Assembly: GCF_001194135.2 (NCBI RefSeq) | Contig: NC_068988.1 | Coordinates: 53,212,124-53,276,123, forward strand | Length of the DNA stretch: 64,000 nucleotides | Origin: Octopus bimaculoides | Taxonomy: Eukaryota | Direction of reading: 5' to 3' | Part shown: in pieces, positions 60,466-64,000 of the stretch | Layout of the letters: each line of letters begins with the position of its first letter | How positions within the stretch are numbered: position 1 is the stretch's first letter | Notes under the pieces: generated by a model | Database searches by the model: none | What the model was told of the DNA's origin: nothing | What the model saw: only the letters and a program-made list of their open reading frames with translations | Program-made: the position numbers and the translations under genes

Positions 60466-62039
60466 TTTTCAACTGAAATTCCTTCTCGGGCCTTGGCTTA
60501 GATCACTTAGCGTCGACAATATGGCTGAAGGAAAATAACTCGGCATTGAGCAAACAAATTATTAATTACAATAAGTTCTCACGAGTGTCTACTAGTAAGT
60601 TGAAGAATCTCCATTAACTGAGATTATTCATGCAATTAGCAAACAAGCCAACTAGTGGAATTAACGGATATGTTCCAGTTTTATTAGACCTCATCAGCAA
60701 AGAATTTTTATTTAATCTCTTGGCAAAACCAAAGATGATCAATGTGTGTGAAAGAAAGAGAGGAGGTAGAGAGAGAAGGAGGTTACTCATAATGCTACTG
60801 GTAATGTAATCCAGTACAACTCATTATATAGTTGAGCCTTCGGCGACTAACCCGGCAATCCTACAAAGCCTGTTTAGTAAGGAGGGTGGTTTTCATTGGA
60901 CACCTTGCAGGACGGAAAATAAAACCTGTCAACGGATGGATGGACTCAGTAGAGATATCAGTCATCCAACAGCTAAGAGTGAGGTACTCCAGACCAATGG
61001 AAGTGAAGCAGCCCTAGTTCTAGCTAGAATTTCTTTCTAGTATGTAAAAAAGGTAAACTCAAATATAAAAAAAAAACAAACTCTGAAGTGTAGTTGGTCT
61101 CTGGTTGTCTCAATCTCTGTTGTTCCACTGGTGTCATAGCTGAATCTGCTCAAAAGTAGGTTTTGTGCTGTGCAACACTTTATCCACTCAAAGTGAAATT
61201 ATGCACGGGGACTTTTTGAACTGCTTTAGTTCAAGAAGTGGTCTTACTCGGCCACGAGTCTACTTTCAGCATGTATGTGTGTGTGTGTGCACAGAGAGAG
61301 AGAGAAAGAGAGAGAGCAAGAGGAGTGCATGGACACTGATTACCTACATCAGCAACGTGACCGAAAGAAAAAAACCTCAGAGGAGCATTCTGTAAGTGAA
61401 ATACAACACACTGCCGTATCTTACATGAGTTATGTAGTCGCATGCATGATTGTGAGGTTAAGAGCTTCGATTCACAATCACATGGGTTCGATTTCAGTCC
61501 CCTTGCTCAGCAACTTGGACAAGTGTCTTCTACTGTAGCTCCGGGCAGACATAACCAATCAGAAAGTTACCATTAGATTTCACACCTGAAATTGCACTTG
61601 GCATAAAGGAGGTTATGCACTCCCAGCATGCAGGATGACAAGTCGCTTGCATTGCTAGGTGCAATAATAGACACGAAAATAATGGCTGGTTATATGCCAT
61701 AATTAGGAATATATTACATGACTATATAACTGATCAATTCCTCTTTTAGAGTGTGCTTTTTTTACTGACTTATGGACATATAACTGATATATATTCTTTT
61801 ATTCTTTGACTTGTTTCAATCATTTGACTGCTACCATGCTGGAGCACCACCTCAAAGGGTTTTCACATGGGAGGTCACTAATAAAAATGTCAACATCTTA
61901 ATAATTGGACTGAATCATTAATCCAATAACCATGAAATACCTCAGAGCAATAAAAGACAATAACACTCATTCTGTGTAAATAGCTTCATGTTCAAGGTTT
62001 TATTCTGACATGTGATAAATGAACGCGTACAGTGAGTAT

Positions 62040-62222
62040 ACATCATCATCGTCGTTTAACGTCCGCTTTCCATGCTAGCATGGGTTGGACAATTTGACTG
62101 AGGACTGGTGAACCGGATAGCTGCGCCAGGCTCCAATCTGATCTGGCAGAGTTTCTACAGCTGGAAGCCCTTCGTAACGCCAACCACTCCGAGGGCCAGT
62201 CACACGGTACTGGCAACGGCCA
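62040..62222 (-). mobile_element. family C fragment
   Basis: reverse-complement consensus. Confidence 0.8.
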
Positions 62223-63659
62223 CAATGTTCAATAAAGATTTCTAGGAAGAAGAATGGTTTTGAACAACTTGTTATGTTCCATGATGACTTTGTGTACATA
62301 GAAATAAATCAAGATACGAGATTTACTTTCCACAGCCACTAGACATAGAATACCATGATGAGCTATTGGCAGGAAATCAGATATCGAATTCATGTGCCTG
62401 GCTCTCTCTAGGTCGTGGCGGACCTTTGTCATGTCTCGAAGGGACAGTAGAGAAGAGAGGCTGATTTAAGTGGGAAAACCGCTTAAATAGGTGATGCGCT
62501 ACTAGCGACCTCCTGTGTGTTATTTTGAAGTTATGTGTAGTATATTAGCAAAGGGGGAGTTAATCATGTTCACTTAGAATTTTCTTGAAACATCTAGAAT
62601 GTTCGATCAGGAGAGATAAANNNNNNNNNNNNNNNNNNNNNNNNNNNNNNNNNNNNNNNNNNNNNNNNNNNNNNNNNNNNNNNNNNNNNNNNNNNNNNNN
62701 NNNNNNNNNNNNNNNNNNNNNNNNNNNNNNNNNNNNNNNNNNNNNNNNNNNNNNNNNNNNNNNNNNNNNNNNNNNNNNNNNNNNNNNNNNNNNNNNNNNN
62801 NNNNNNNNNNNNNNNNNNNNNNNNNNNNNNNNNNNNNNNNNNNNNNNNNNNNNNNNNNNNNNNNNNNNNNNNNNNNNNNNNNNNNNNNNNNNNNNNNNNN
62901 NNNNNNNNNNNNNNNNNNNNNNNNNNNNNNNNNNNNNNNNNNNNNNNNNNNNNNNNNNNNNNNNNNNNNNNNNNNNNNNNNNNNNNNNNNNNNNNNNNNN
63001 NNNNNNNNNNNNNNNNNNNNNNNNNNNNNNNNNNNNNNNNNNNNNNNNNNNNNNNNNNNNNNNNNNNNNNNNNNNNNNNNNNNNNNNNNNNNNNNNNNNN
63101 NNNNNNNNNNNNNNNNNNNNNNNNNNNNNNNNNNNNNNNNNNNNNNNNNNNNNNNNNNNNNNNNNNNNNNNNNNNNNNNNNNNNNNNNNNNNNNNNNNNN
63201 NNNNNNNNNNNNNNNNNNNNNNNNNNNNNNNNNNNNNNNNNNNNNNNNNNNNNNNNNNNATACATACACAGACACACACACATATACAATGTGCTTCTTT
63301 CAATTTCCGTCTACCAAATCACAAGGCTTTGGTCGGCCTTAAGTTATAGTAGAAGATCAGGGTCAAATTAAGACCCATTGAGGCCCTAAGAACTTAAAAG
63401 ATTTTGGTGCCCCCATAAAAGATTATAAACAATAACAGACCATAAAATAAATTTTTATTTTTCAAAATAAAACAAAACAGTAAGAGGGAAAATAATGTTT
63501 ATTTTTGCATACTTCCACTTTATTTATATTTGAAAAGTTTCCTCCTATTTTTTGAATTGCAAAGTCTTTGATCAGATCCTCAAAATTAATCTTAGATAAC
63601 ACATCTGCATCTATACTTAATAGAGATAAAGGAATCCCGAATATTATTTTAGCAAGTTT

Positions 63660-64000
63660 AAAGATACAAATAATTACAGAGGCATCAAGCTGTTAGATCA
63701 GGTTATGAAAGTTACAGAGAGGGTCATAGCCCAACTAATTAGGGAGCGAATCAATTTAGATGAGATGCAGTTTGGGTTCGTGCCAGGTAAAAGCACTACT
63801 GATGCCTTATTTCTAGTGAGACAGCTGCAGGAGAAATACCTAGCTAAGGATAAACCTCTGTACCTGGCTTTCGTTGACATGGAGAAAGCCTTTGACAGGG
63901 TCCCCCGATCCCTTATCTGGTGGTCAATGAGGAAACTTGGGATAGAAGAATGGTTAGTGAGAGCTGTGCGAGCCATGTACAGAGATGCTGCCAGTAAGGT
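63660..64000 (+). mobile_element. RTE-clade LINE reverse transcriptase, runs off the window
   Basis: Stop-free frame NYRGIKLLDQVMKVTERV...QFGFVPGKSTTDA...AFVDMEKAFDRVPR...W.VRAVRAMY. Confidence 0.93.

Overview
Eukaryotic, AT-rich, repeat-dense animal genomic DNA with many N gaps. The repeat families and microsatellite load look like Octopus or another coleoid cephalopod (pattern recognition, not database-verified). One host gene is supported: the 3' ~three-quarters of MSH5 (meiotic MutS homolog 5), + strand, 21 coding exons from 714 to the stop at 34599. All introns are GT-AG and the phases chain into one open frame (1870 nt = 1 nt + 622 codons + stop). The 5' exons lie left of the window. 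Everything else is mobile-element derived: several tRNA-headed SINE families, RTE-clade LINE fragments and their 3'-UTR derivatives, RLE-type (R4/Dong-like) non-LTR fragments, a CR1/L2-like fragment, a mariner remnant, piggyBac-, hAT- and Helentron-like MITEs, a Penelope-type inverted repeat with a decayed hammerhead motif, and a probable solo LTR. The most interesting signal is at 45.9-55.5 kb. A LINE ORF2 3' end, two divergent ORF1-only (zinc-knuckle) elements and a SINE variant share one 3'-terminal motif, and three of them abut the head of one SINE family. This suggests a multi-tier retrotransposon system that may be target-biased. Repeat boundaries are approximate, family names A-G are my own labels, and all alignments were done by eye.
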